From NCBI GenBank assembly GCA_943704425.1, contig CALSCP010000498.1:1-40291 (forward strand): a stretch of DNA of 40,291 nucleotides. Direction: 5' to 3'. Origin of the DNA: Ministeria vibrans ATCC 50519 (Eukaryota; Protista; Filasterea). Shown piece by piece: positions 14,904 through 30,678 of the stretch. Both the position numbers and the translations under genes were made by a program. The notes under the pieces are model-generated. The model saw nothing but the letters and a program-made list of their open reading frames with translations. It was not told the DNA's origin and did not search any database. The number at the start of each line of letters is the position of its first letter. Positions within the stretch are counted from its first letter, which is position 1.

Positions 14904-17900
14904 ATGTCTCAAGCACCGGTTACATTGCTGCGCCCGGCGGCGAGTGCAAACATCATCAAGTCGAATGTTGCGGATCTGAGCTACGGCAATGCGCTGACGG
15001 AGATCATCGAGAATAGCCGCGGCGCCAATGCTACGCACATTGACATCCGCGTCGACCTCGCCAACGACACCATCACCGTCCGCGACAACGGCGATGGCAT
15101 GAGCCGCCCGGCCCTCGACGACTACTTCAAGGCTGGCTGCTCCACACGCGACGAGCGCGGCGTCGGCCTCAACGGAATCGGAAAGTACGCGATTTTTGCG
15201 CTGGGCACGCTAGCGACCATCACATCGAAGCAGGCGGCGTCACACAACGCGCATGTGCTCACCCTCGACTACGCCAAAATGATACAGAATGGTGTGATCG
15301 GCGACATTGCCTACGCGCCGTGTGTTGAGAAGGAGGTGTTGCCAAGCGACGAGTCGTTTACGCTCGTTACGATAACCAACATTCTTCAACGCTTTCGCAA
15401 CGCCTGGGACGGACCCGACAAGGACGCCATGATAAAGTACGTCAGCTCCAAGCTGTCCCTGTGGCTTCGCGGCGACTTTCTCTCCGACTGTCATGAAAAT
15501 CGGTTCGAACCCAACATCGGCCTCAAAATCAATTTCAGAGTCACCATCGACCTGCACGACCTGCTCAGGTGCCGAAAATCCCTCCCCTCCCCCCCCNNNN
15601 NNNNNNNNNNNCCCCCCCCAATACTCTTGTCTGACCATGACATCTTTCTCTTCTACTTCCCCAAGCTTCAATGGATACGACCACTTCCATGAGACGCTGA
15701 AAAACCGCCTACTCCTTCCGTCGGACGAGGAGACAGGCGAGAACGCCACCTACTTCCACGACGATCACCTTGCCTTCCAACTGCCGCTCGTTGGCACCAC
15801 TCAACCCGGAGAAACCGAATCCTACGAATCCGAACCCGCCTCGCTCATCCTCTTCTACAATCCATCGCGCAACGTTGACGCAACCTCATCACTACCGCCC
15901 CGAGGACGAATGTTTCTCGCCTGGCGCGGCCTCAACCTCACGCCAGAAGAGTCGCCCTACCCACTACCCGAGTGGATGTGGGCGACTCTGGAGGGCAGAA
16001 GAAAGCTGCAAAACAAGCTGCGCAACGTGGTGGGCGTTGTGTACGTGCCTCCGTACTGCAGCGTGACTCCGTCAGCGCACAAGACCATCATCACCCAGAG
16101 TGACCCTTACTATCGTCGACTGATTGGCCCACTCGTCGAGAGTAGCTACACCCAGAGATTGTGCACCAGTGGACTGCGAGACCTTCTGAAAGAGATTCCC
16201 CGCAGTTTTGTACAGTGGCTCGACACTCTCTCGACCAAGCGCGACGACGAGTGGATGCTGAACGGAGATCCAACATATGATGTGGAGCGGGCCCTCAATG
16301 TGTACGAATCAGCGCAACGAGGCAAGGAGAAGGTTGTCAAGGGCCAGTGGATCAAGCTGAAGCACTCGAATCGTGTGGTCATTGGCAAGGTTCTGGAGTT
16401 TGTACAAGGCGTCAGCGTCAGTCAGGCCAAAAATGTGGTGATCAGAGAGCCGCACATGCGCGACAATGTGTCCTCGCTGCATCCTTTGCAGTTCTCGTTC
16501 AAGCAATGTTTTTCAAAGAAAACCAAGGTCACGGAGGTGATTGGCCAGACCTACAAGAGTCGACTTCCCGGCTCCCTTCAGTCTCTCACGCACCAACCAG
16601 TGTGCATCGCACAGAGCCCGGGATGCAACATGGAAATGGCGCTTTGTGTTTTCAACCGATTGGACGTTCATATGAATGTGTACACGCTGCCCACTCGTCC
16701 TCCGCATACGACACTTGACTTTGTCTACAGCGTTTGTCTGGTTGACGCTTCCTTCACCCCACCCAACTCCACCACCTCCCAACCCATCAAGCTGCCACAA
16801 CGGTGCGCCATGGAGTACATCATTGGCGAGAAAGCAGGCTCCCAACCAAGCAGTCAAGAGGCATTTTCGTCGTCATTGTTGTCGGCGGCGCCTGCAACCA
16901 TTCACCAAAGGAAGCAGTTTTTTCGGTGGTTTGGTGACACTTCAGTGCTCGGCACATACCGCTACACCTTTGGTCTGCAGCCGTCTAATGAGCGCGCAAA
17001 ACTCTTTCGGTGCGACGACGTGAAGCCGCTTGCAATAGAGTACAAGGTGACGCGAGTGTACCACGCACCACAAAGTCTCACGGCCACCGGCTCATACCCC
17101 TCTGACCTGCCGCTGCGTTTCGCTCTGTGCGACACCGAAGGAAGTGCCATTTCTGTTGAGCTTCTGTATGAGAAGCATCCCCGCGCGCGGCTTGTCATTG
17201 GTGTGCTGTCTGGAGCAGCTGACATTACGCTCGCGTCGACTGCTCGTAGTGTGCGATGCAATGACCAAGGTGAACTCGTGGTGGATCTCGATCAACTAAA
17301 GACGGAAAGTGACATCGCGGACAACGATGGCGGCGACCCTACTCAGCTACTCGTGCCCGAGCTGTCCTTGGTCGGGCCTCTGGGCAGTGAAGATGCAGCG
17401 GTGAAACTGAGCCTTTGTGTGGTGCTTCCCGAGAGCGACATTGATCTTCCGTTGGTGGAGCTTGCCGCGCACTACTTTGGCAACAAGCTTGTGAGCACGG
17501 CGGACTTTGTGCAAGCCGGTAGTGCACCCACGCTCACTGTGACACTCGTCATTACGTCGAACGATCCGGAGTCACCCGAAGAATATCCTGTGTCCTTCAC
17601 TGCCAATGCGTCAGCCAATGACACGGAAGTGGCTCTTCTGGACACGGATGTGAAATTGAAAGTGCTCGAGGCACCACACTTTTTGGGCCGTCAGGGCAAA
17701 CGATGCCTCGCCCGTCAGATTGGCAAGTATGTGCTGGTGTTTGACGACGCCGTGCCGGCTGGGCGACGCAAAGTCACCCTCAAAACACAGTGGGCTGGTC
17801 TCAGCACCATGAAGACAGTTGAAGTGGTGGTGCCGCAGCGGGAAGAAGACGACGACGAAAAGGATGAGGAAGAGGAAGAAGACGACGACGAAGAGGATGA

Positions 17901-18381
17901 GGAAGAGGAAGAAGACGACGACGAAGAGGATGAGGAAGAGGAAGAAGACGATGACGAAGAGGATGAGGAAGAGGTAGGTGAGGAAGAGGAAAAAGGTGAG
18001 GAGGAGGAAGGAGAGGACGAAGAAGAAGAAGAGGAAGAAGAAGAAGAGGAAGAAGTCGATGTGACGACGCTTTCACAGGATGTGAACCTCGAAGAGAGGC
18101 AACTCAAACGAGCGCAACGAACAACACCAGCACCGCCAGCATTACCGCCAGCACCACCGCGAGTACCGCCCAAAGGAAAGAAGCGAACGTACGAGGACGC
18201 CATCAGCCTGCAGAGACAACAACAACTGAAGGACTTGATTCATCAAAAGGCCAAAGTTGATGATGAGGTGAAGCAATTGCAGTCGCAGAGCAAGAAACTG
18301 GGAAAAGAGATCACAAAGCTCCGGGAAGAAATGCGGAAGGCTGAAGCGACAACAACGAAGAAGAAGGCCAAGCGCAAGTGA
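14904..18381 (+). CDS. SMCHD1-like GHKL ATPase (GHKL + S5/transducer + beta-rich middle + acidic tract + coiled coil), no SMC hinge, ~1126 aa
   Basis: GHKL motifs ALTEIIENS, VRDNGDGM, GLNGIG. SMCHD1-like segments ITSKQAASHNAHVLTLD, SFTLVTITNI, LFYNP, FLAWRG, FVQWLDTLSTKRD, KGQWIK. The two track ORFs join in phase via an intron 15569-15665 (AG|gt...aag|C) that contains the N gap. Confidence 0.75.
17842..18060 (+). repeat. Coding acidic repeat (33-bp unit, EDDDEEDEEEE about x4) in the SMCHD1-like gene
   Basis: Near-identical GAAGACGACGACGAAGAGGATGAGGAAGAGGAA units followed by poly-Glu. Confidence 0.85.
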
Positions 18382-18649
18382 CGAGTGTGCGTTACAATAC
18401 AACACATTTATTCATCATACAATTAAGAAACACAAAAAGACAATCGAGAGCTGTACTCAATGTCAAAACAAGACTAGATACAAACCACTTACAAGGGGAA
18501 GCACACCCAACCTCCTTTCTAACTTTCACACTCAACCTAAATAAGTCCTACTTAGCAACAGAAATATTACAAGAAACATAATAACGGGGAGAATAATAAT
18601 TTGAAGCAGCTAATCTTTTCATCTTTTCACTCGTCCTTTTTATTCATTA

Positions 18650-21994
<3,345 letters not shown>

Positions 21995-22207
21995 GAAAAT
22001 TCTCTGACAAGGAGAAGTGATTCACTCACTAGAATGTTAATTTTAATACAGATGCAAACGATTGTAAGTACCTATCCTCACACTTCACTACCTTCACTAC
22101 CTTTCCATCTCTCGCTCAGTTTAAAGGTTTTCATTTGTTTCTCTCTTTCACACACGCACACAATAAGCGCACTCAGTACACACTTCCCTTTCTCGCACTC
22201 TGACCAT

Positions 22208-24375
22208 CTACTCGCCCATCAGTATGGCAAGAGCGGCCGCATCGCCAGCATCAATCTCGGCCGCCTTGGCAAACGCTCCATCGCTAGCTTTGTCCTCCTC
22301 AGGCGCACTCGCCTGCTTCGACATGGAAGCCGCCTCTTCTCCTACGGAGTCCGCCTCCTCCTCCGCCACCTTCTCCTGCAGGGAGTCCTCCTCCCCTCCT
22401 TTCCTTTCAACACTTTCCCCAGAAGAGAGTTCCTGACGATGACCGGTGCGCTCTGAGGAGCCATCGCGGTCACTGCTACGACGATGGCCCGTGGGTGACC
22501 TGGACCGCGAGCGCGAGCGACGATAGCGGCGAGACAACGGCGAAACTGATGACTGCGACAGCGACCCATGGTGGTCAGCCTCGTGTCGACGATGCTGGTG
22601 CTGATGCTGATACTGGCGATGCTGAACATGATGACGATGGTCGGGTGACCGTGAGCGAGAGCGGCGCGATGCCACTGCAGCTGCTGCTGTGTAGCCCTGC
22701 TGCGACAGCTTCTGCTCAACGCCCTTGTCCCAGTCCAGACGAAACATCCTTCCCTCATACGGCTCCTTTGAATACCTACAACGCAAACACACACACAGGC
22801 ATACAGACAACGGTCAACTCACTCACACACACTAAGCACACTAAGCACACTAAGCACACTAAGCACACACTCATCACTACGCACACACACGACGCACACA
22901 CTAAGCCCACACACTAGGCACATACACATACACACAAAGCGACAATGGAGCACTCACATGTGAAAGGCGTTGGCTGCGTCTTCGTGCGATGCGAAGCGCA
23001 CAAAGCAAAACCCTTTGTTCTGTCTCGAGACCGGATCCATCTTCAGAGCCACATTGGTGACGCGTCCTGCTCGTCCAAACGCCGTTTGAAGATCCTCTTC
23101 GGTAAAGTGGTACGGCAGATTTCCAACAAAGAGCGACTGGGCCATTTCCGGTTTGAAATTAGGGTCTGTCTGTGACTTGGGCTTGTGCTTCCACTTGGAG
23201 TAGTCGGGCTCGGGGCGGTCGGAGCGGCCACGCGGAGGTGGTGGGGGTCCACGGCGCGACGGGGACAGGGATGGTGGGGACAAGGAGCGACGGCGGTAGG
23301 TCGAGTGGCCTACCGACGCAGCTGAGAGTGAACCGCGCTCGCGGCCATAATCACGGCCATGGTCACGGCCATCGTCACGCTCACGGGTATGGTCACGAGA
23401 GTCGTGATGAGAGCGTGAGTCTGAGTAGGGGGGTGCTTGTGGGTAGCGTGAGTGGTCGTCTTGTGGAGGTGGATGCGAATGATGTGAGTGTTGCTGGGGG
23501 TGATGGCGCGGTGGAGGAGAAGGATAGTCGTCGTGGCGGCGGTGGTTGTCGGAACGCGGATGGTGTGATTGCTCATACTGATGGTGTTGGGAACGTTGTT
23601 GTTGTTGTTGGTACTGTTGTTGATGTGGCGCTGCTGACTGGGACTGGTGATACTGATCACCATAGGATGGGGGAGTTCTTGCTCGTTCATAGCCAGTAGA
23701 GGTGCCATACTCGGCACGTCGTCCGTACTCGGGAGCGGGCGGGTAGCCACTTCGAGAGGACGAATGTGAAGGTACATCAAGTGTTCCACGATCACGATCC
23801 GAGCTGTATTGTGAGGGTGGCGCACGCGCAAAGTAGGAGGAGGCACCATCGCTGTAGCCACTGGGACGCGGCGCAGGCTCAACTGATGACTGTCGATAGT
23901 ATCCACCTCCGTCGCGCCTGTCAGCCGCATACGAAGCGCCGGAGTGTGCACGCTCATCATATACCTTTCCGCTTGAATACTGGCCCGGAGGATAGTCGCT
24001 GTAGCCGGTAGGGGGTGCGTGCACTTGTCCGGCATAGGGTGCATTGCCCCGATCGTAATCGCTGGCTCCAGCGCCTCCAGAACTCGCCGCTGTCATCGAC
24101 GAGGGGCGACCATACTCCTGGTAGCCCCGCTCGTACGAAGCAGGAGGGCCTTTGTCGTACCGACCAGACGGGGCGCCGCGCGACAAATTGTCATAGCTGT
24201 CATTTCCAGTGGAATACCCTCCTGAAGGCCCGCCATCGCGCGACGATGCATACCCACTTGGATAGGTAGCGGACGGGCCGTCGCGAGAGTAGCTCGAACC
24301 CGCCACAGGCGGCGGGGGAGGCATCGACGCTCCATTTCCAGCGTACGCTTCGCGGCGTCCATACTCATAGCTCAT
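22208..24375 (-). CDS. RRM RNA-binding protein with a long G/S/Y/P/Q/H low-complexity N-terminus and RS repeats
   Basis: RNP2 LFVGNL and RNP1 KGFCFVRF at the end of exon 1; exon 2 completes the RRM (YSKEPYEGRMFRLDWD) and carries RSRSRSRSP. Confidence 0.8.
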
Positions 24376-24574
24376 TGCACCAAAAGACTTCAATCAGAGA
24401 AAGACCCTTCAGCAGGCAGAAGAATGAGAGAGAGAGAGAGGGAAGGACGGGCGTCCAACCAATATTCAATTGAAAGTGATGAAACGAAAGTAGTCGTCAA
24501 GATCAAGACTCTTGACTTGACTTTTCGTAAAGTTTGTTATTACTAATTACTTATTATTTTTCTTCGGTCGAGTC

Positions 24575-24658
24575 ATGAAAGTGTTTGCTCTGGTGGCTCT
24601 CTTGGCTACGACGGCGCAGTTAGTCTCTGGTATGATTATTGGGAGACGTGTCAGAAAC

Positions 24659-24713
<55 letters not shown>

Positions 24714-24831
24714 TGTGTTGATGTCTGTTTGATTGGTAGCCAACGACTTTATCGTCCGCAACGAGGAGGACTATGTCTGGGACGACAATGGCTACATCAT
24801 GTTCTGCTTGTGCATGGGTCGCTTTGGTCAG

Positions 24832-24883
<52 letters not shown>

Positions 24884-26114
24884 CCGATTGACTGTCTCAA
24901 CGCCATTGCACGACACACAGGCAATCAAATGGACCATATGGTTGGCGCACTTCGGTTTGCCAAGGATGTTGGGCGCACGCTTGTGCTGCCGCCGTGGAAC
25001 GTGTTCATCAAAGGCGCCGACGTGTCCTTTCCGTCCTTTGACACCTTCTTCAATGTGACTGCCGTCCAGCTGTACACCAAAGCCATCCCAATGGACACCT
25101 TCCTCAAACGCTTTGGCGACTCTCACTGGTCCCCAGAAAAGCGTCGCGGCTATTGCTGGAACAAGGATGGCGAAGAGCCCTTGGACTATTGCAACATCAA
25201 GGAAGGTAGTCACTCTCTGTTTAGTGCGTCTGTTCTGTGTTGTTTTGACGCGCGCCTGTGCACACACAGGGAATCCGTTTGGCAACTTTTGGAACAGCCG
25301 CAAGATTGATTTTTCAAGCTACCACGGCACACGACTGCCGTACGACACGAGCAACCCGCATGTGGTGCAGCAGTGGCACACCAAGTTTCCAGCCGCAACG
25401 CACCCTGTGATTGCACTCAAGGGCGCACCAGCACGCTACCCAATTGCCGTGGCGGACCGTCCGCTGCAGCAGTACATGCAGTGGGCACCGTCGTTGATTG
25501 AAATGGCCGATGCGTTCATCGAGAGCAGCCTGGGCGGACGCACAGACGACGGCCAGTCCAAGTACGTGTCGCTGCATATGCGCAACGGCGTCGACTGGGA
25601 GAACGCCTGCAAGCACGCCGTGGGCCAGGCGTCCTACATGAGCTCGCCCCAGTGTATGGGTCCCGGTGAGTCTGTCACCGCCGAGCTGTGTCGCCCGTCC
25701 GTTGCCGTCGTCGTGCAGCATCTCGTCCCCATCCTTAAGAAGAACAAGCTGCGCCACGTCTTCCTTGGCACTGACACCCCTAAAGTCCGCTCAGTACGCG
25801 CAAAGACAACGACGCAGAGAGACTAGAAAGAAGGGTACTAATTGATTGTGTGTGAATAGGAGCTGGAGAGCAAACTGAACAAGGCACTGGGCAACACCAA
25901 GAAGAAGGCAGTGCAAGTGGTGGTGTACGACGGAAGTGAGCCCCGTGCACAGCTGGATATTGTGCTGTTTGGGCGTGCACAACACTTTGTGGGGAACTGT
26001 GTGTCGTCCTTTACTGCCATGGCTGCGCGTGAGCGCGTTGTGCGCGGCGAGAGTGTGTCCTTTGCGGGACAGGACAAGAGCAAGAAAAAGAAGAAGAACA
26101 GAGACGATCTCTAA
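24575..26114 (+). CDS. POFUT1: GDP-fucose protein O-fucosyltransferase 1 (GT65), multi-exon
   Basis: Signal peptide MKVFALVALLATTAQLVS; WDDNGYIMFCLCMGRFG|NQMDH; RTLVLPPW; KEG|NPFGNFW; HPVIALKGAPA; HMRNGVDWENAC; HFVGNCVSSFTA; C-terminal ER-retention-like RDDL. Confidence 0.93.
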
Positions 26115-26222
26115 TGCACAGACGCACACATACATACACACATTCTCACTCTTATTTCTCTCTCAGTGACTTTCCGTTGATGAATCGTTATGAGTTTGTA
26201 CATTTTCGTCTGTCTGTTTGTG

Positions 26223-26853
26223 TCATTCCTTCTTTTCTTCTGATAATTCTGGGAACATCTCAGCCAAAATGATATCCAAAAGGACAATAATGAGTTGGCG
26301 TGACATTTCCGGATCCTAAATAACAAAAGTAAAACACTCATTAGTCTAAACGTTAAGCAGTGCAACAAATGGGAAGACACGCGAGCGAGACAGGAACGAC
26401 AAAACATATGACAAACAAACTTCTTTGCACACACACACACACACACACACCACGAAGACACACACCTTCAAATAGTCTACGCAGACACGCAAGAAGCTCG
26501 TCAATGCGTCCCTGCCGGCCACGGGCAACAATGCCCGCACCACAGCAAACTCAATCAGCATCTTCCACGCCTCTTCTGAGGTCGCTTCCTTCTCTTCTGC
26601 AGTAGGTTCCGGTTCGTCGTTGAATGCAATTTCACTGATAATTTTGATCCATTCAATCAGTTCTGTTTCCGTCGTTTGCTTCCGTAAAACGTATTCAATC
26701 TAAAATACACAAATTTAATAACTCAATATCAAGGCATTCTTTATCAGCTCTTACTTTGTTCGTAATAAAATCGCGGAAAGTGTCCGCAACTGCAAACTTC
26801 AAGAACCCAACAACTCGCGTCAAAAAGGGACGATGGAACGCACAGTCAGAACC
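26223..26853 (-). CDS. Three exons encoding a sorting nexin C-terminal (Nexin_C, SNX13/14/19/25/Mdm1-type) domain; no N-terminal part found
   Basis: Phase-0 exons 26853-26755, 26699-26466, 26315-26223 with GT-AG ends: ...ADTFRDFITNK|IEYVLRKQTTETELIEWIKIISEIAF...YLK|DPEMSRQLIIVLLDIILAEMFPEL. The last motif is typical of Nexin_C. Confidence 0.7.
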
Positions 26854-27004
26854 CTAATCAACTCAGAATCGTTACAGAGTGCCTCTCAAAATTCTCTCTC
26901 CTTTCTCTCACACACTTTGTGTCTTTCTCTCTCTCCCTTCTCTCAAACACGTTGTTTCTTTTTCCCTCCTTTGCCTCTCACTCTTTCTCTCTCTCTTTCT
27001 TTCT

Positions 27005-27216
27005 CTCTCTCTCTGTCACTTTGTTCTTTCTCCCTCCTTCCCTCCTTTCTCTCTCTCTCTATCACTTTGTTTCTTTCTCCCTCCCTCCCTCCTTTCTCTC
27101 TCTCTCTCTCTATCACTTTGTTTCTTTCTCCCTCCCTCCCTCCTTTCTCTCTCTCTCTCTCTATCACTTTGTTTCTTTCTCCCTCCCTCCCTCCTTTCTC
27201 TCACTCACTCTCTCTC

Positions 27217-27301
<85 letters not shown>
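27005..27301. repeat. CTCTATCACTTTGTTTCTTTCTCCC minisatellite followed by (CT)n
   Basis: Three to four ~55-bp units, then ~90 bp of pure CT. Confidence 0.9.
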
Positions 27302-27304
<3 letters not shown>

Positions 27305-27322
27305 CCTTTTTTCCTGTCTCTC

Positions 27323-30300
27323 TCACAAATTCTCCACAAAAAAAGATGTTGGTACTCCGCCAGTGTTCTCAAGACCAAGCACATTGAGAATGCTGCACAG
27401 GTGCTGTTTGGCAGTGCGCACATCGGCGTGGGAGACGGCCAAGTTCGCAATGGGCTCTTCAAATTCCTCCACATCGACGACTTCCTTCTCAAATTGATTC
27501 AAGATGACGTGACCATTCTCGTGCATGATCTGCAGGCGATTCATCAAATCGTGCTCGCGGAGCGCCTTGCCGTGTTGACGCGCGTGCAGCATGACACCCA
27601 CGAGGTAGGCATGTGGGCGCTTTGGTAGGCTCAGGAAGGGACGAATGCCGCAGGCAATGGCAAACGAACAAAGAGCCATGTCGACGCCCCAGACGCGGCG
27701 AACCCAGTCGCGCAGGTAAAAGCCGCCCATGCGCCCATTGATCTCAATCAGTTTGGGCCCGGAAGTGGTAAACTTGAGTTCGACATTGAAGCAACCACTC
27801 TCAAGGCCGAGTTGGCGAACACACGTCGTCGCCGCACCAATGAGCGCCCCACGCCAATGCGGGTGCAGCAAGGAGGGCATGCAAGCGGATGTTTCCGCAA
27901 AGTAGGGCAGACGAGTCGGTCCATTGTCCGAAATGAAGGCTGCAAGACACTCGCCCTTCCACATGACCACGTCGACATCGTGCTCGGAGCCGTCCACAAA
28001 AGGCTGCAACAAAACCTTGCCGTGCTGCTCAAAGGACAAGCCGCAGCCAGGATGCGTTTCTTCGCCGTGACGCTGGAAGCGCAGCAATTCGAGTGCCGTC
28101 TGGGCGCCCTGCTCAATAGTCGACACCATCTTGACACCAAACGCAGAAGAGCCATAGTCGTTCTTGAGGACGGCGGGAAAGCGAAAGACTGCCAAGTTGG
28201 ATTCGGTGTGGGTCTTGGCGCGAATCTCATCGGCAAGAAGCTGCTCAAGGCGTGCGTTGTTGTCGGGCGACTCGTCGTCGAGGACGGCGGTGTCCAACGA
28301 GCTCACAGAGTCGCCGATGGTGAGCGTGGGCGACGCATAGAGCGCCGCACGCGGCCTCCAATCCACCTCGTCCCCTCCGCGGTCAATGAGTGTCTGGTGC
28401 GTAAGACGTTTGGATTTGACCAGTCGCGCCGCGTTCACATCATGTCCATCAAGACCCAGGGCCTTCGCCAGCTCGGCACAGAGCACAACACAATCCTCCC
28501 AAAAGGTGCTCACTCCGTCAAAGTGGCGACCGAGTTCGCCACGAGACACTCCCAATGATGCCTCGAGGGCCACAAGAACAGCCTCGCACGACGCCCGGTC
28601 GTCCGAATGATCGTCAGCTTGCGGCACATGGACAAAGTGCTGCACAAGCTTCGCGCCATGGTGGTTCTCGTCGGCGTCTACCAGCGTCACGCACAACTGC
28701 ATGCTCTGCGCTTGCTCGAATACAAAGCGCTTGGAGTGACCACCACCTCCAACAAGCAACACGCGCTTGCCGCGCATAATAAACTCTTGCGATCGCAAAA
28801 GAGCGTACGCAACCCAGGCGCGTGTGCACTCTCCATGCTTCTCTGGCTCGAAAAACTCGACCAGCTGCGATTGGTAGCACGAATCGTGATCGTTGACCTC
28901 GATGGCGACGGGCACGATGACACTGTTGCGCAAAGTGAGAATGAAGTCAATGCCAATTGCGTCCGTCTGCGCCGCGTGTCCACCTCGCTCGTGCGCCATC
29001 AACGACGACTCGTACTCGGCAAGCGCATCAAAGGTCACGCGCGCTTCCGTTGCAAGGGCTTCCACGAGCTGAGTGTGCGTCTCGCCCGACACGCCCCACT
29101 GACGAAGCGTCACCTCGAGGGACTGCGGCGTCGTGTTGACGCCATGCAAAGGCTCGTCACTCGGACCAACCCCACACACCATCTTAGCGACCACTGGTGG
29201 TCCGTACATGGCGCGTTGCACGAGAACTCTCACGCGAAAAGCCCAGAGACACGTCACGTCGCGCGAAATGGCAGAGCCCGACGTAGACGCTGTGCGCGCC
29301 TTGGACGCGACCGTGATATCCTCCTCCTGCAACGCGATGTCGCACTCGTCGGCGTTGTCGTCTGCCGCCACCAGCTGCATTTCTCCCGACAGCAGACTCA
29401 GTGCATCAGATACACGGGAAGTTTCTGCAATGTATGACGGGTTCAACACGGCGTTCAAGGGCACCTCACGCGCCACCAGGACGTCTTGTGGCGGAAACAC
29501 GGGACAGAACTCCTCGATAAGAAGCGAATCGTTGTCATGCAGGCACAATGCCAGAGCGGCCACGGCTGCCTCGACGGCGCTCGCACTGTTGGCATTGTGA
29601 AAAGTGACTCCCTTTGATCCCATCCACAGAGGACCGCTCTAAATTAAACAAAACAAAAATCAATAAAATTTATAATAATCATAATAAAATAATAATAATA
29701 ATAATAATTATTATTATTAATTTTTAGTTTCTAAGTTCTTACCGGCTTGACGACAACACGAGTGTTTACTCCGCGCTCACTGCACATTCGCTGGCAAAAC
29801 GCTCGCACAATGGCAAGGACGCGGTCGGACGTGGCGTCCTCACGACGCACAATGACGTGAGCCTCGACAGGCAGATTCTCAAGGCGTGGAAGACGGCGCT
29901 TGCCACCAGGCGCAAGCACCAGTGCAAGAGTTTCGGGAACGGCGACGCGAGCACGTGCAACGACAATTCGCGTCAAAAGCTTGTCGCCGGTGCGGTGCTC
30001 AAGCATGACACTGCTTGACATGGGCGTGACCAAGAGACCTTGCATATCTTGAGAGGCGTTCGCGACGCCCTGCTCGAGCAGTCGACCATCGTCGCGCTCC
30101 ATGTACGTCGCAGCGTGAGTGAAAAAGTTGAGAAAGTAGGTGACACGACGCGGCGGGCTCCAGGTGTCAAGGTAGCACTGGCCACGCTCGTCGAGCCACG
30201 CCCCGCGATGCAGATACAGATCAAACTGGTCCTCGCCAATGCGACGACGTTCAAGCCAGCTGGGCGACATGGCAAGGAGGACGGAGCCGGGCGCTTGGCG

Positions 30301-30567
30301 TCCGCCTTCGCGTAGAAATGCGTAGCGTTCACCCGGCCACGACAGCGCAACCACCGTCGGCTGGTTTGCGTCCGTCGTCGTCTGCGGCGTTGCCGTGCGA
30401 TCAATTAGCGGGGGCAGGCCCACATCCGCCAACATGAACACGAGCTTGTCCATTTCCAAAGGAACTGCGTCATCCTAAAAACAAGAAAAAGTCGTCTCAA
30501 AAGTTCGACGTTGAACTCTCTCTCTCTCTCACACAGCGACGCATACCTGTGCAACTGGATTGGCCAT
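27323..30567 (-). CDS. CARNS1: Carnosine synthase-like double ATP-grasp amino acid ligase, 3 exons
   Basis: MANPVAQ|DDAVPLEM...PPRRVTYFLNFF...DKLLTR...VVVKP|SGPLWMGSK; GIDFILT; IEVNDHD; GGGGHSKRFVF; TFWEDCVVL; DGSEHDVD; FISDNGPTRLPYFAETSACMPS; GPKLIEINGRMGGFYLRDW. These match the CARNS1 pattern along its length. Confidence 0.88.
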
Positions 30568-30629
30568 GAAGGGAAGTTAGATAAAATGCGAAGTTGAAGC
30601 TTGAGGGTTGAGGGCACTCGCGTACAAGC

Positions 30630-30678
<49 letters not shown>

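Noticed and set aside
15569-15665. Frameshift or two separate genes at the N gap in the GHKL gene
   Set aside because: A GT-AG intron spanning the poly-C/N gap joins the two ORFs in the correct phase.
26833-27628. Long Ser/Leu- or Arg/Glu-rich ORFs here and at 280-516, 12886-13344, 19593-20154 and 20445-20842
   Set aside because: Translations of microsatellites or antisense shadows of real genes.
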